This document shows positions 28,337-37,366 of a DNA stretch of 41,811 nucleotides, piece after piece. Source of the DNA: Bradymonadales bacterium (GTDB lineage: Bacteria; Bdellovibrionota; UBA2394). Position 1 is the first letter of the stretch, and every line of letters begins with the position of its first letter. Where the stretch lies: positions 1-41,811 of the forward strand of contig REDG01000031.1 in NCBI GenBank assembly GCA_007693605.1, written 5' to 3'. Position numbers and translations under genes: made by a program. The notes beneath the pieces were generated by a model. It saw only the letters and a program-made list of their open reading frames with translations, ran no database searches and was not told where the DNA came from.

Positions 28337-29657
28337 CCTGAAGGAGTTCTTCTCTCCGCTTCCTCAAACTAACCGGCAGCTGTAAGAGTGATTCCAAAAG
28401 GAGCTTTTGCCTTTCGGCTTGGGGTTTGTCTTCGATTTCTTGCATCAAGAGCAACAGATCCAAGCTTCTCATGAGACTCAGGTTGAGAGCCTGGGCGTGC
28501 TGTCGCTTGTCAGAATCGAACTCCAACCTTAGCTTCTCTTCAAATGAACTATCATCCATCGGATTCAATAAAAGCAGGCCGGGCAGGTTTGGAGACTCTC
28601 CAATTTCCTCTCGCTGAGAATCGAAGACATTCAAGTCGTTTCGCTTCAAATCTCGATCCATGGCCTCCACCCGAATCAAAAGAAGAGGCGGAGAGCTTTC
28701 CGACATCCGAAGAATCGAAAGCTCGGGCTGCGACTTGACCTGATCAACCCAGAATCCAAAGAAATCTTGAAAGAGATCTCGACAGACCTTAAAGAGAGGC
28801 TCTCCTGAAAAGGACACGATCCCCTTCCATGATTCCAGCTTATCAATGACGACCTCAAGCTCTTGCAAAGCCGCTTGCATTTCGTCTCTTTGCTTTTTGA
28901 GCTCCGTTTCTTTTCGAAATTGGAGCGCCTGAGCCCACTCCGGCAGACTGGCGCTCGACTCTGGGCCTTCCTTTTTGGCGCGAAGCTGCTCGTCTATCGC
29001 TTTTAAAAGCTCAAAACAAGGCTGTCCGAGACTCCGACCTTTCAGTCTTTTCCGGAAGCAAGGTAAAACAAAAACTTGGCTTTCGATGATCAGGCCATGA
29101 AGACCCTTACTCGAACTGACGCTCGGAATCATTTCGAAAGCATCGCTTGGCAGGAAACTCACTTTTGTAGAGGCCCAGTTTTTTACATAAGCCTCGAAAG
29201 CCTTAAGATGCGAGCTCAAACTCAGGCCCGACTTTTCTTGCTGGCGCTGAACTCGAAAGCGATTCAGAATTCTCTTCGCCAGATCAGTGGTGCTAATCAA
29301 ACTCGTTGGGTATCGGGTTCCCTCGTTGATTTTATCGACCATCTCATCCACGAGAAGGCAAACCCAGCTGCCCGCTTCCATCTGCTTGAGAACCTTTGCC
29401 TCCATACGACCCAAAGCCTCGAGGTCTGAATCACAAATACTTCGAGGCCCATCTCTGTCTGGGGTTTCTGTGATTCGCTCGTAGACCCCCGAGGGAATCA
29501 AATAACCATCGTAAGAGAGCTGACTCGACTCCGCTTCGATCTTGCTCAAAAAATCGATCCGACCCCAGTCGGTGTCCATAGACTTTGAATCCGGCTCAAA
29601 GCCCAAGCGATCAAATCCGATGGCGCAGACCTTCCAATCTCTTTTATTTTTTTGCAT
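28323..29657 (-). CDS. Hypothetical protein: alpha/beta domain, coiled coil, possible degenerate PD-(D/E)xK-like domain
   Basis: 444-aa ORF; LPEW followed by a coiled coil and a C-terminal pattern SGEPL..FFGF..GLLLLNP..RSLDL. Confidence 0.6.
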   Translation of the reverse strand: MQKNKRDWKVCAIGFDRLGFEPDSKSMDTDWGRIDFLSKIEAESSQLSYDGYLIPSGVYERITETPDRDGPRSICDSDLEALGRMEAKVLKQMEAGSWVCLLVDEMVDKINEGTRYPTSLISTTDLAKRILNRFRVQRQQEKSGLSLSSHLKAFEAYVKNWASTKVSFLPSDAFEMIPSVSSSKGLHGLIIESQVFVLPCFRKRLKGRSLGQPCFELLKAIDEQLRAKKEGPESSASLPEWAQALQFRKETELKKQRDEMQAALQELEVVIDKLESWKGIVSFSGEPLFKVCRDLFQDFFGFWVDQVKSQPELSILRMSESSPPLLLIRVEAMDRDLKRNDLNVFDSQREEIGESPNLPGLLLLNPMDDSSFEEKLRLEFDSDKRQHAQALNLSLMRSLDLLLLMQEIEDKPQAERQKLLLESLLQLPVSLRKRREELLQGERR

Positions 29658-29695
29658 GAATCTCTTAAATCTCCCCGAAGTTTAGTTTAGCAGAT

Positions 29696-31123
29696 CTAAG
29701 AGACTTTCAACACTTGGCTGCCCTGGGGCGTATCTTCCACCCGATAGCCCATTTTTAGGAGCTCCGCACGAATTCGGTCGGAGTCTGCCCATCGCTTTTC
29801 AGCTCGCGCCTTTTCCCTCTCTTGCACCAATTTCTGCACCTCGTCACCTAAAGTCTCTGAAGACTCTTGACTTAAAACCTCTTGAAGCCCCAATGCAAAA
29901 AAATCATCTGACCAAAGCAGAAGCGATGTTTTTTCTTCAACGCTGGCTTGAGGATCTTTTAAAGCCTCAAACAAAAGGCCGAGGGCTCGGGGACTATTCA
30001 GATCATCAAAAAGCGCCTGCTTCATTCGTTCTTGATTTTGAGTCACAAATTCTGAACTTCCCAACCCCCCTTGCCTCGAGCCCGCCTGACCGACAGATCG
30101 CGTCCAGTCTCGCAATCGATTGAGTAGGCCCGTATAGCCGGCCTCGGCAGCATCTAGGCTGGTCCAATCGAAATGTAGTTCGGTTCGGTAATGGGCCTGC
30201 AAACAAAGAAATCGAAAGGCTCGAGGTCGATAGCCCTTGTCCTCTAAGAGCTTGAGCCTTAAAAAGTCCTCTTTAGACTTGCTCATCTTTCCGGAGCTCT
30301 CGGTCAAAAACTCAGCGTGAAGCCAGTAGCGGGCGAATATTTTCTCGGTGGCGCACTCACTTTGGGCAATCTCATTGGTGTGATGAACGGGGATGTGATC
30401 TTTTCCCCCACAGTGAATATCAAAACTCTCTCCGAGATACTTTATGGCCATCGCAGAGCATTCAATATGCCAGCCCGGAAAGCCTTTGCCCCAAGGACTC
30501 TCCCACTCCATCTGCCGCTTTTTCTTCGGGGGTGAAAACTTCCAAAGCGCAAAGTCGGTGACCGCTCGCTTTTCACCCATTCCCACCCGCATCCCTGCTT
30601 CTAGATTTTCGACATCCAAACGAGCAAAGTCTGCGTAGCGAGGAAATTTTTGAGTATCAAAATAGAGCCCATCGGTTGTTCGGTAAACAAATCCTCGCTT
30701 CTCGAGAGACTGAATAAGCTCGATCATCTCTTGAATATGATCGGTTGCCTTTGGAAGTCGATCGGGCATTCGGCAGCCCAATTTCTGAAAGTCGTCTAGA
30801 AAGCTTTGAGTATAATAATTGGCGATTTCCCGTGCAGACTTTCCCTCTCGGGCGGCCCCCTTCTCCATCTTGTCTTCACCCTCGTCGGCATCTGAAACCA
30901 AATGCCCAACATCGGTAATATTCATGACATGAAAGACTTCATAGCCTGCCAAATGCAGGCTTCGAACTAAGAGATCCTCAAACAGAAATGTGCGCAGGTT
31001 TCCAATGTGAGCGTAGTGATAGACGGTCGGTCCACAGGTGTAGAGCCGAACCTGAGGAGGCTTAAGAGCCTTAAACTCTTCTTTTGATCGGCTCAGAGTA
31101 TTGAAAAGAAAAAACTTCTCCAC
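29696..31123 (-). CDS. cysS: Cysteinyl-tRNA synthetase
   Basis: YTCGPTVY, HIGN, DFALWK, PGWHIECSAM, KMSKS. Confidence 0.98.
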   Translation of the reverse strand: MEKFFLFNTLSRSKEEFKALKPPQVRLYTCGPTVYHYAHIGNLRTFLFEDLLVRSLHLAGYEVFHVMNITDVGHLVSDADEGEDKMEKGAAREGKSAREIANYYTQSFLDDFQKLGCRMPDRLPKATDHIQEMIELIQSLEKRGFVYRTTDGLYFDTQKFPRYADFARLDVENLEAGMRVGMGEKRAVTDFALWKFSPPKKKRQMEWESPWGKGFPGWHIECSAMAIKYLGESFDIHCGGKDHIPVHHTNEIAQSECATEKIFARYWLHAEFLTESSGKMSKSKEDFLRLKLLEDKGYRPRAFRFLCLQAHYRTELHFDWTSLDAAEAGYTGLLNRLRDWTRSVGQAGSRQGGLGSSEFVTQNQERMKQALFDDLNSPRALGLLFEALKDPQASVEEKTSLLLWSDDFFALGLQEVLSQESSETLGDEVQKLVQEREKARAEKRWADSDRIRAELLKMGYRVEDTPQGSQVLKVS

Positions 31124-31170
31124 GCTTCAGTCTTGCCGATGGCCGCCCGAGATTCAAGTCTTGTGAAGCC

Positions 31171-31845
31171 TCAATCGGAGCTTTCTGCAAAGGTCCATGT
31201 CCAATTCACCAAGGTGCTGACTTCGCTCGCCGGAAATGTCCATCGTCGAGCCCTTGGTTCCAGACAGAACAGGAGCATTTCTGAGCCCTTAAAGCCTGCA
31301 AGTTCTCGAACTCGACCCACCTCTCCAGAACTTAAAACCTCAAACTGAAGCCGCAAATCTCCCGTTTCCATCTCCGAAACCTGATCTCTCGCCCAATCGT
31401 AGCACTCCTTGAAGTCACTGGATCTTGCATCCATCACCTTTTCAATATCCCCCTCTTCGAGACCCTTCATCGAAATCGACGATCTCCTCGTGTACTCAAA
31501 ATGCAAATCCACTGGCCCGCGAGAAAAAGGAGGAGAAGCCCTCCAGGATTCGACGATTCTAGACAGACAGTGAACCAAGGGGCCCGAGCCTGCAAAACTC
31601 TCGATGCTTCGAACGGAGCCGAACTCTCCGTTGGGCAAATAATCTGCTCTCAATCGCAGGCTCCCCCCATCGACGCTCGGAAACCTTTCTTGAAAGTCTC
31701 GATAACAATTCTGGATTCTAAACTCAGACTCAATCATCAGGGCCTCGACCGTAGACTGGTCCGTTTGAGCGGCATGTTTAGAGGCACAAGCAACGACCAA
31801 AGGAGCGAGAAAGAAGAGAGTCAAAACAAGCTGAAGTTTTTTCAT
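31171..31845 (-). CDS. Lipoprotein with two tandem AgmX/PglI C-terminal (TonB_C-like) domains
   Basis: Lipobox VVAC; repeats IQNCY..GSLRL..GEFGSVR..HCL..W and FKECY..GDLRL..GEVGRVR..FCL..WTFP. Confidence 0.72.
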   Translation of the reverse strand: MKKLQLVLTLFFLAPLVVACASKHAAQTDQSTVEALMIESEFRIQNCYRDFQERFPSVDGGSLRLRADYLPNGEFGSVRSIESFAGSGPLVHCLSRIVESWRASPPFSRGPVDLHFEYTRRSSISMKGLEEGDIEKVMDARSSDFKECYDWARDQVSEMETGDLRLQFEVLSSGEVGRVRELAGFKGSEMLLFCLEPRARRWTFPASEVSTLVNWTWTFAESSD

Positions 31846-31924
31846 GCCCAGACTCTATAAAAAATAAGCAGCCCTGTAAATGCTTCAACCCCCCCCCAGC
31901 GGCTCAAGAGGCGCATGCCAGGTC

Positions 31925-31970
31925 CGAGAAGCGCAGCGACGCAGCCGACGAAGCAGATGGGCCTTTAGCG
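31925..31970 (+). repeat. Partial tandem copy of the MITE (46 bp)
   Basis: Identical to 32048-32093. Confidence 0.9.
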
Positions 31971-31977
31971 AACCATC

Positions 31978-32101
31978 GGGACTGTCGATAAAGGTCCAGA
32001 TGCGAGAAGACAAGGAGCGAGCATCGCAGTGTGGTTTAGATGCCACTCGAGAAGCGCAGCGACGCAGCCGACGAAGCAGATGGGCCTTTAGCGGCAGTCC
32101 C
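31978..32101 (+). mobile_element. Complete 124-bp MITE/REP-like element, copy C
   Basis: 26-bp imperfect terminal inverted repeats GGGACTGTCGATAAAGGTCCAGATGC / GCAGATGGGCCTTTAGCGGCAGTCCC (21/26 complementary); no transposase. Confidence 0.85.
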
Positions 32102-33137
32102 GAAAGCAGATGACATGCTCCATCTCAAGCCTAACCCCAATCTCCTCCCCTTCTTGAAAGTCATCGTGGCTGGGGATGAGGGCCAAGACTCGACTTCCAG
32201 ACGGAGTTTCTAGGCGATAGAGGAAGTAGGGCCCGCGAAAGGAGCGGGAGATCACTCGCAGTTTTACGGGGCTCTCTGGATCAAAGACTAAATCGTCTGG
32301 TCGCACGAGGGTCATCACCCGATCTTGGGGCTTTAAGCCTGAAGGCAATTTTGCCTGCAATAGGCCAAGCTCCAAGCGAATGCAATTTGGGCCTACGACC
32401 TCACCCTCTATAAAACTTCCTCGCCCAATAAAGTCGGCCACAAAACTATTCTTGGGCTCATGATAAAGCCGATAGGCTTCTGCGAATTGTTGAATCTGCC
32501 CGTCCTTCATCACCGCAATGCGATCGCCAAAATCAAATGCCTCTGATTGAGAATGGGTCACCATCAAAGCACTTGTGCCCAACGACTTTAAGATACTGCG
32601 AATCTCACTCGCAAGATGTGTTCTTAGCTCAGGATCGAGCTGAGAAAGAGGTTCGTCCAACAAAAGAAGACGGGGGTCGGGGGCCAATGCTCTTGCAATC
32701 GCCACTCGCTGCTTCTCCCCTCCAGAAATCTGATGGGGGTACTGCTTCGACAAGGCTCCCAAGCCAACCATTTCTAAAAGTCGGTCGACTCTGCTCTTTC
32801 TCTCAACCGCAGAGAGATGAGAAACTCCGAAAGCGATATTCTCGAAGACCGTCAAATGCGGGAACAGGGCAAAGTCTTGAAACACAAAGCCCACCCCTCT
32901 CGCCTCAGGCCTCAACTGAAAGCCCCTTTTCGACAACAGATTTTCGTTCAACAAGATTCGGCCCGAGTTGATTTTCTGAAAGCCCGCAATGGCCCGAAGA
33001 CAGGTGGTCTTTCCCGATCCGCTGGGCCCCAAGAGACATGAAATTTCTGAAGGTTCTAAGGCAAACGAAGTTTGCCTAAGCACTTGCTTTGAACCAAACG
33101 AAACTTCTACCTCTTCAAAATTCAGTCCTGCAGTCAT
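32088..33137 (-). CDS. fbpC: Fe3+ ABC transporter ATPase
   Basis: GPSGSGKT, FQDFALFPHL, ISGGEKQR, LLLLDEP, TOBE-like C-terminus. Confidence 0.9.
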   Translation of the reverse strand: MTAGLNFEEVEVSFGSKQVLRQTSFALEPSEISCLLGPSGSGKTTCLRAIAGFQKINSGRILLNENLLSKRGFQLRPEARGVGFVFQDFALFPHLTVFENIAFGVSHLSAVERKSRVDRLLEMVGLGALSKQYPHQISGGEKQRVAIARALAPDPRLLLLDEPLSQLDPELRTHLASEIRSILKSLGTSALMVTHSQSEAFDFGDRIAVMKDGQIQQFAEAYRLYHEPKNSFVADFIGRGSFIEGEVVGPNCIRLELGLLQAKLPSGLKPQDRVMTLVRPDDLVFDPESPVKLRVISRSFRGPYFLYRLETPSGSRVLALIPSHDDFQEGEEIGVRLEMEHVICFRDCR

Positions 33138-34741
33138 CGAGAATCCTCAGCTTTACGAATACCGCTTAACTTTAGACTAAGCCACAAGACGATCGGAAAG
33201 GATATCATCACAATCACCAGAGCCGGTAGGGCCGCCCTCTCCCACTCCCCCTCGCGGGTGAACTCGAATATCCGAACGGCCAAGGTGTCCCAACCGAAGG
33301 GTCGCATCATCACATGAATGGGCATCTCTTTGAGGCAATCCATCATCACAAACAGAAAGGCGGCCAAGACAGAGGGGCGAATCAGAGGAAAGTGAAGCCT
33401 TAAAAAAAGTCGAAAGCCCGAGACTCCCAAAGACTGACTGGCCTCATCAAGATTCATCGAGAGCCGACGAAAGCCCTGATAAATCGGCTGAAAGCCGACG
33501 GCAAAAAATCGCAGGCCCAAAGCCATCCACATGGCCAGAAGGACCCACTGCCCCATGGCTCCCGTTGATCCAAAGATAAAAATGAGAACCAGACTCAAAG
33601 AGAGAGCCAGCACGCTGCCCGGAAAGGCATAAGCCACCGTTGCAAAGCGAGCGAAAGAGAACAGAGCCTTTAGCCGATAGATTCTCTGAAGATAGGTGAT
33701 GAGAAAGGCAAAGAAGCACACCAAAATCGCCGTTGCAGCACTCATGAGAATCGCATTTCTCACCCAGCCCAAAAACCGAGCATCGAGCCCCCCTTGAATG
33801 CTTGGCAAACTCCAAAGAATCAGTTGAAGAACAGGGAGAACAAAGACCACAAACCAAAAACAAGTTACTCCCGTAGAGATGAGCCAGGTCCAAGGTCTCG
33901 AGATCTGAAACTCCCAGGGGGCTTCGGCCCCTGCCCCTCGGTCTTCGTAGCGCAAATGCTCCCTGGTGAGCTTTCTCAAAAGCCCCAAGAACAGGAGAAC
34001 AATGCCCAAGTGAATCAGAGCCAGCTGAGCGGCATGAGGAAGCGAGAACATTGAGAACCAGACCCGATAGACGGCCACCGTCAGAGTTTCAATATTGAAA
34101 GCCGAGGCCACTCCAAAGTCTGCCATAGACTCCATTAGAACCAGGGCCACGCCTGAGAGAATCCAGGGTCGGGCTAGTGGAAGGGAGAGCCTCCAAACGC
34201 CTGCAAATGGTCGACAACCAAGGCTTCTCGAAGCTTCAAAGAGACTAGCGCCTTGAGAGCGAAAGGCCTCTCGGGCCAAAAGATAAACATAGGGATAAAA
34301 GGAGGCTGCCAACACCAGGCTCATCCCAAGCCTAGATCGAATTTGAAAAAGGGCGTGGCCATCAACGGCCCAGCTCTCTCGAAGCCAGGTCATCAACTGA
34401 CTTGAATAATCCAAACTTCCAATGGCGATAAAGGCAAAAACATAGGCCGGAAAGGCCAGCGGCAAAGCCAAAACGGCTGAGAAGAACCTGCGCCCCGGAA
34501 AGTCAACAAAGACGACCAGCCAGGCAAGAATCACTCCGACCAAGCTCGCGAAAAAAATCGCCAGAAAGCTGGTGACGAGAGTGTTCCAGAGCGCGCGCCA
34601 CAGAACAAACTCATAGATATGAGACCAAAGATCTTCTGTCCCGCGAAAGGCAAAGAGCAGCAAACTGAGAATAGAGGCGCAAAGCACCAAGCTTGGAAGG
34701 CTAAGAACTAGAGCCCGTAAGGCATTAACGATACTGGACAC
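33134..34741 (-). CDS. fbpB: Fe3+ ABC transporter permease (two EAA domains)
   Basis: FPGRR, EASRSLG and EASQSLG loops, TLAVRIF. Confidence 0.92.
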   Translation of the reverse strand: MSSIVNALRALVLSLPSLVLCASILSLLLFAFRGTEDLWSHIYEFVLWRALWNTLVTSFLAIFFASLVGVILAWLVVFVDFPGRRFFSAVLALPLAFPAYVFAFIAIGSLDYSSQLMTWLRESWAVDGHALFQIRSRLGMSLVLAASFYPYVYLLAREAFRSQGASLFEASRSLGCRPFAGVWRLSLPLARPWILSGVALVLMESMADFGVASAFNIETLTVAVYRVWFSMFSLPHAAQLALIHLGIVLLFLGLLRKLTREHLRYEDRGAGAEAPWEFQISRPWTWLISTGVTCFWFVVFVLPVLQLILWSLPSIQGGLDARFLGWVRNAILMSAATAILVCFFAFLITYLQRIYRLKALFSFARFATVAYAFPGSVLALSLSLVLIFIFGSTGAMGQWVLLAMWMALGLRFFAVGFQPIYQGFRRLSMNLDEASQSLGVSGFRLFLRLHFPLIRPSVLAAFLFVMMDCLKEMPIHVMMRPFGWDTLAVRIFEFTREGEWERAALPALVIVMISFPIVLWLSLKLSGIRKAEDSR

Positions 34742-35780
34742 GATCCATGAGCTGAACAGCTTGAGTCTGTAGCTCGCCTAAGCTTCTTAAGTTTAAAAGA
34801 TCCCCTTGAAAGCTTCCCCAGCCCTCAACAATCGGATCTCGCGCCACCTCTGTCACGATGGGATACTCTAAATTAAGCTCCGCAAAGGCCTTTTGCGCTT
34901 CGGGCTCGGTGAGCCACTCTAGCAGGGCCTGTGCTCCCTCTGGGTTTTTCGCATGCCGAGTCACCCCAGCCCCAGAAACATTCAGATGCGTGCCCGAGTT
35001 TTCGAGACTCGCCCAAAACAATCGAACCGGGAAGTCTGGCTGATCTCGCAAAAGCCGACCGAAATAATAAGAGTTTGCGATACCGACATCGCACTGACCG
35101 GCGGCAATCGCGCGAATCAAATCCGTATCATTCGGAAAGACCTCTGTTGCCAGGTTTCTCACCCAAGCCCCCACAATCTGCTCTGCCCGCTCCTGGCCAT
35201 GGTGCGCAATCAAGGCGGCCACCAGAGATTGGTTGTAGACTTTTCGAGAGGTTCTCATACACAAGCGGCCCGCCCAAGCCTCATCGGCCAGAGCCTCGTA
35301 GGTCGATAAATCTGAAGGAGAAACTCGCTCTGGCGAATACAGGATGGTTCGGGCTCGAAGACTCAGGCCAAACCACTGGTTCTCAGGATCTCTCAAATGG
35401 GCCGGAATCGCCTGTTCCAGTTTTTTGGACTGGATCGGACGAAGCAAGCCCTCTTCGGCCGCCTTCCAAAGATTGCCGGCATCGACCGTCAAGAACAGGT
35501 CGGCCGGGCTATTGGCCCCCTCGGCTTTAAGTCGCTCCATTAAGGGGCCCTCGCTATCCGTTAAAAACCGGACTTCCTGCCCAGTCCTCTCTTGGTAGAG
35601 ATCGAAAATCGGCTTGATTAGATGATCTGCTCTCGAAGAGTAGACGGTCACAACAGAACTCGGGTCAGAGCTGTTTCGAGTGCAGCCCATCGTCTGAATG
35701 AAGCTCACTGATAGAAACAGCAGGCCTACAAAGGCCTTAAATCGGGGCTTGTCGCCCATGAAAGCATCCTGATGAGTCAC
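34725..35780 (-). CDS. fbpA: Fe3+ ABC transporter substrate-binding protein (FutA/FbpA)
   Basis: VYSSR, EGANSPADLFLTVDAGNL, WFGLSLRAR, NSYY iron ligands. Confidence 0.92.
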   Translation of the reverse strand: MTHQDAFMGDKPRFKAFVGLLFLSVSFIQTMGCTRNSSDPSSVVTVYSSRADHLIKPIFDLYQERTGQEVRFLTDSEGPLMERLKAEGANSPADLFLTVDAGNLWKAAEEGLLRPIQSKKLEQAIPAHLRDPENQWFGLSLRARTILYSPERVSPSDLSTYEALADEAWAGRLCMRTSRKVYNQSLVAALIAHHGQERAEQIVGAWVRNLATEVFPNDTDLIRAIAAGQCDVGIANSYYFGRLLRDQPDFPVRLFWASLENSGTHLNVSGAGVTRHAKNPEGAQALLEWLTEPEAQKAFAELNLEYPIVTEVARDPIVEGWGSFQGDLLNLRSLGELQTQAVQLMDRVQYR

Positions 35781-35863
35781 CCTGCTCTTCCTTTCTGGGC
35801 CTGTTCCAAACGGCCCCGCACATCGCCTAAGACCCCATTAGGCCCTAGGCGTCAGCTCATTTA

Positions 35864-35878
35864 TGATAATCGTTATCA
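35864..35878. promoter_or_regulatory. Fur box
   Basis: TGATAAT-C-GTTATCA, one mismatch from the 7-1-7 consensus TGATAATnATTATCA, upstream of fbpABC. Confidence 0.88.
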
Positions 35879-36032
35879 ATATCAGAATTCAAAGCCAAGG
35901 CAAGGGGGAAAGCTCACTTTTCTTACTGGGATCGGCACAGCACTTTCCCCTTGTCTTCGTGCCCAGTAATCTAAAAAATCCTCACTTCAGGTAGTAGGCA
36001 ACTCAAAAGGGCTCTGCTAATAAGTTCTCATT

Positions 36033-36191
36033 ATGGATCATTTGGAATGGCAAAAGTGGAGCCGGATCGAAGGCGTTAGGGAGGGTTTTCAAGCCTCCCG
36101 AAGACCTGCTCGGTCTTTCATCAGGCGCACTCGTCAGTGGTTGCGCCTTCGCGAGCTTCGAAGACAAAGTCGAAATTCCCGAGCTGCCTAG
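36033..36191 (+). CDS. Possible 52-aa Arg-rich small protein (below the ORF-track cutoff)
   Basis: MDHLEWQKWSRIEGVREGFQASRRPARSFIRRTRQWLRLRELRRQSRNSRAA; no clear RBS. Confidence 0.35.
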   Translation: MDHLEWQKWSRIEGVREGFQASRRPARSFIRRTRQWLRLRELRRQSRNSRAA

Positions 36192-36435
36192 CCTGCGAGT
36201 CGCAGCCCAGCTAAGGCTTTTACTTTTTGTATTTGAAAATTTCAGCTTCTCGGTTGAGCAAACCGGCGGTTTACCGACGCGAGGGGTGTTGGGAAGTGGT
36301 TGGTCTTGTTTGAGATCACCGCTTCACTTTCAAGATCAAACATTCCTGCTATCGCTTGGAACTCAGTAGAGGAGAGCTTGGCCAGAACTCGGGGCTTCAC
36401 GCTTACCATGTGTGGGAGTCTCAGACCAGAACAGC

Positions 36436-36765
36436 TCAAAAGGACCGAGCAAGTTTGGAGCTGATAAGTCGGTTGAGGCTCACCTTGGCTTCTTGGGCTT
36501 CAATTGCAAGTTGACGGTGAATCTCAGGAGGGATTCGCAGCATAAACTTTCCGCTGAACTCAGTGGTTGCCAAGGGCTCAGGGATAGGCTCCCTGCGTGA
36601 TTTCATGTCTTTGACCACTGTCTTTACGACTTTCCGAATGCCCTGAAGGGCCGCTTCTTGAGATTTAGCAAGCCAGCTAAGGCTTGGAAACTCAGCGCAA
36701 AGTCCGACAAACTCTTGGTCCTCTTCAGACCAGGTCACGCGATAGGTGTATTTCTCGATGTTCAT
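36436..36765 (-). CDS. hicB: HicB-family antitoxin
   Basis: YTYRVTWSEEDQEFVGLCAEFPSLSW; RHH region FSGKFMLRIPPEIHRQLAIEA..SLN. Confidence 0.92.
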   Translation of the reverse strand: MNIEKYTYRVTWSEEDQEFVGLCAEFPSLSWLAKSQEAALQGIRKVVKTVVKDMKSRREPIPEPLATTEFSGKFMLRIPPEIHRQLAIEAQEAKVSLNRLISSKLARSF

Positions 36766-37031
36766 TCCTCGGTCTCCTTCGCTTTCTTTTCCTTCAGCAT
36801 GTCTATAGCCTTCAAAACTTGTCTCACCTGGTAGGCCTTCGCCTTGCCTCGGTCACTTTGTAAATTCACCCGAGGGTTGCCGGGCCATGGAGTTCGATAA
36901 ACTCTGTGACTTGATCCCGCTTGGCGAGCCACGCCGAAGTAGTGGTCACAGAGCCTGCAGAGCTCTCGAAATCGAACGCCTTTGGGATTGTTCCGCATGG
37001 CTTGTTCAATTCGCTCTATATCCTGGCCCAC
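36762..37031 (-). CDS. hicA: HicA-family toxin
   Basis: NPKGVRF, GSSHRVY (catalytic His), GKAKAYQVRQV; ATGA overlap with hicB. Confidence 0.9.
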   Translation of the reverse strand: MGQDIERIEQAMRNNPKGVRFRELCRLCDHYFGVARQAGSSHRVYRTPWPGNPRVNLQSDRGKAKAYQVRQVLKAIDMLKEKKAKETEE

Positions 37032-37036
37032 ATAAT

Positions 37037-37064
37037 ATAGTATCTATATTGATACTATTGTCAA
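37037..37064 (-). promoter_or_regulatory. hicAB promoter with overlapping operator palindrome
   Basis: TTGACA(37064-37059)-N16-TACTAT(37042-37037); inverted repeat ATAGTATC-N6-GATACTAT at 37037-37058. Confidence 0.75.
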
Positions 37065-37366
37065 GAGCCCCCGGAGGAAAAGCCGGAGGGGGGGCACCCA
37101 GTGTCGATGGGTTTAGTCATCGACAATTTGCAACTCCAGCGGCCTTACGACAACCAGCGATGCAATCATCACCAAACTCATGAGTTCGGAGAGAAAATCT
37201 ACAAGCCGGCAAGTCCTTCAGGATCATTTGTTTGACGGAGGCTGTCTTCAGCCGAGTTACGCATTTCAATAACTTACGCTGTATCGGCCCTAGGGGCATA
37301 TTGTGTAGCTGGCCCGTTAAGTTTTGACCATGCTGAGCCCTAGAGTCTGGGCCAATATTCTTTAAA

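Noticed and set aside
31925..32093. CRISPR array (two identical 46-bp repeats)
   Set aside because: Only two units, the 77-bp 'spacer' is mostly MITE sequence also found at 10.0 kb, and no cas genes are present
31880..32113. 77-aa ORF with repeated REAQRRSRRSRWAFS
   Set aside because: Translation of the MITE duplication
36056..36240. tmRNA/tRNA (GTGGAGCC.. resembles a reverse-complemented acceptor end)
   Set aside because: No T-loop (GTTCRA) or acceptor-stem partner at the right spacing; reads better as a small ORF
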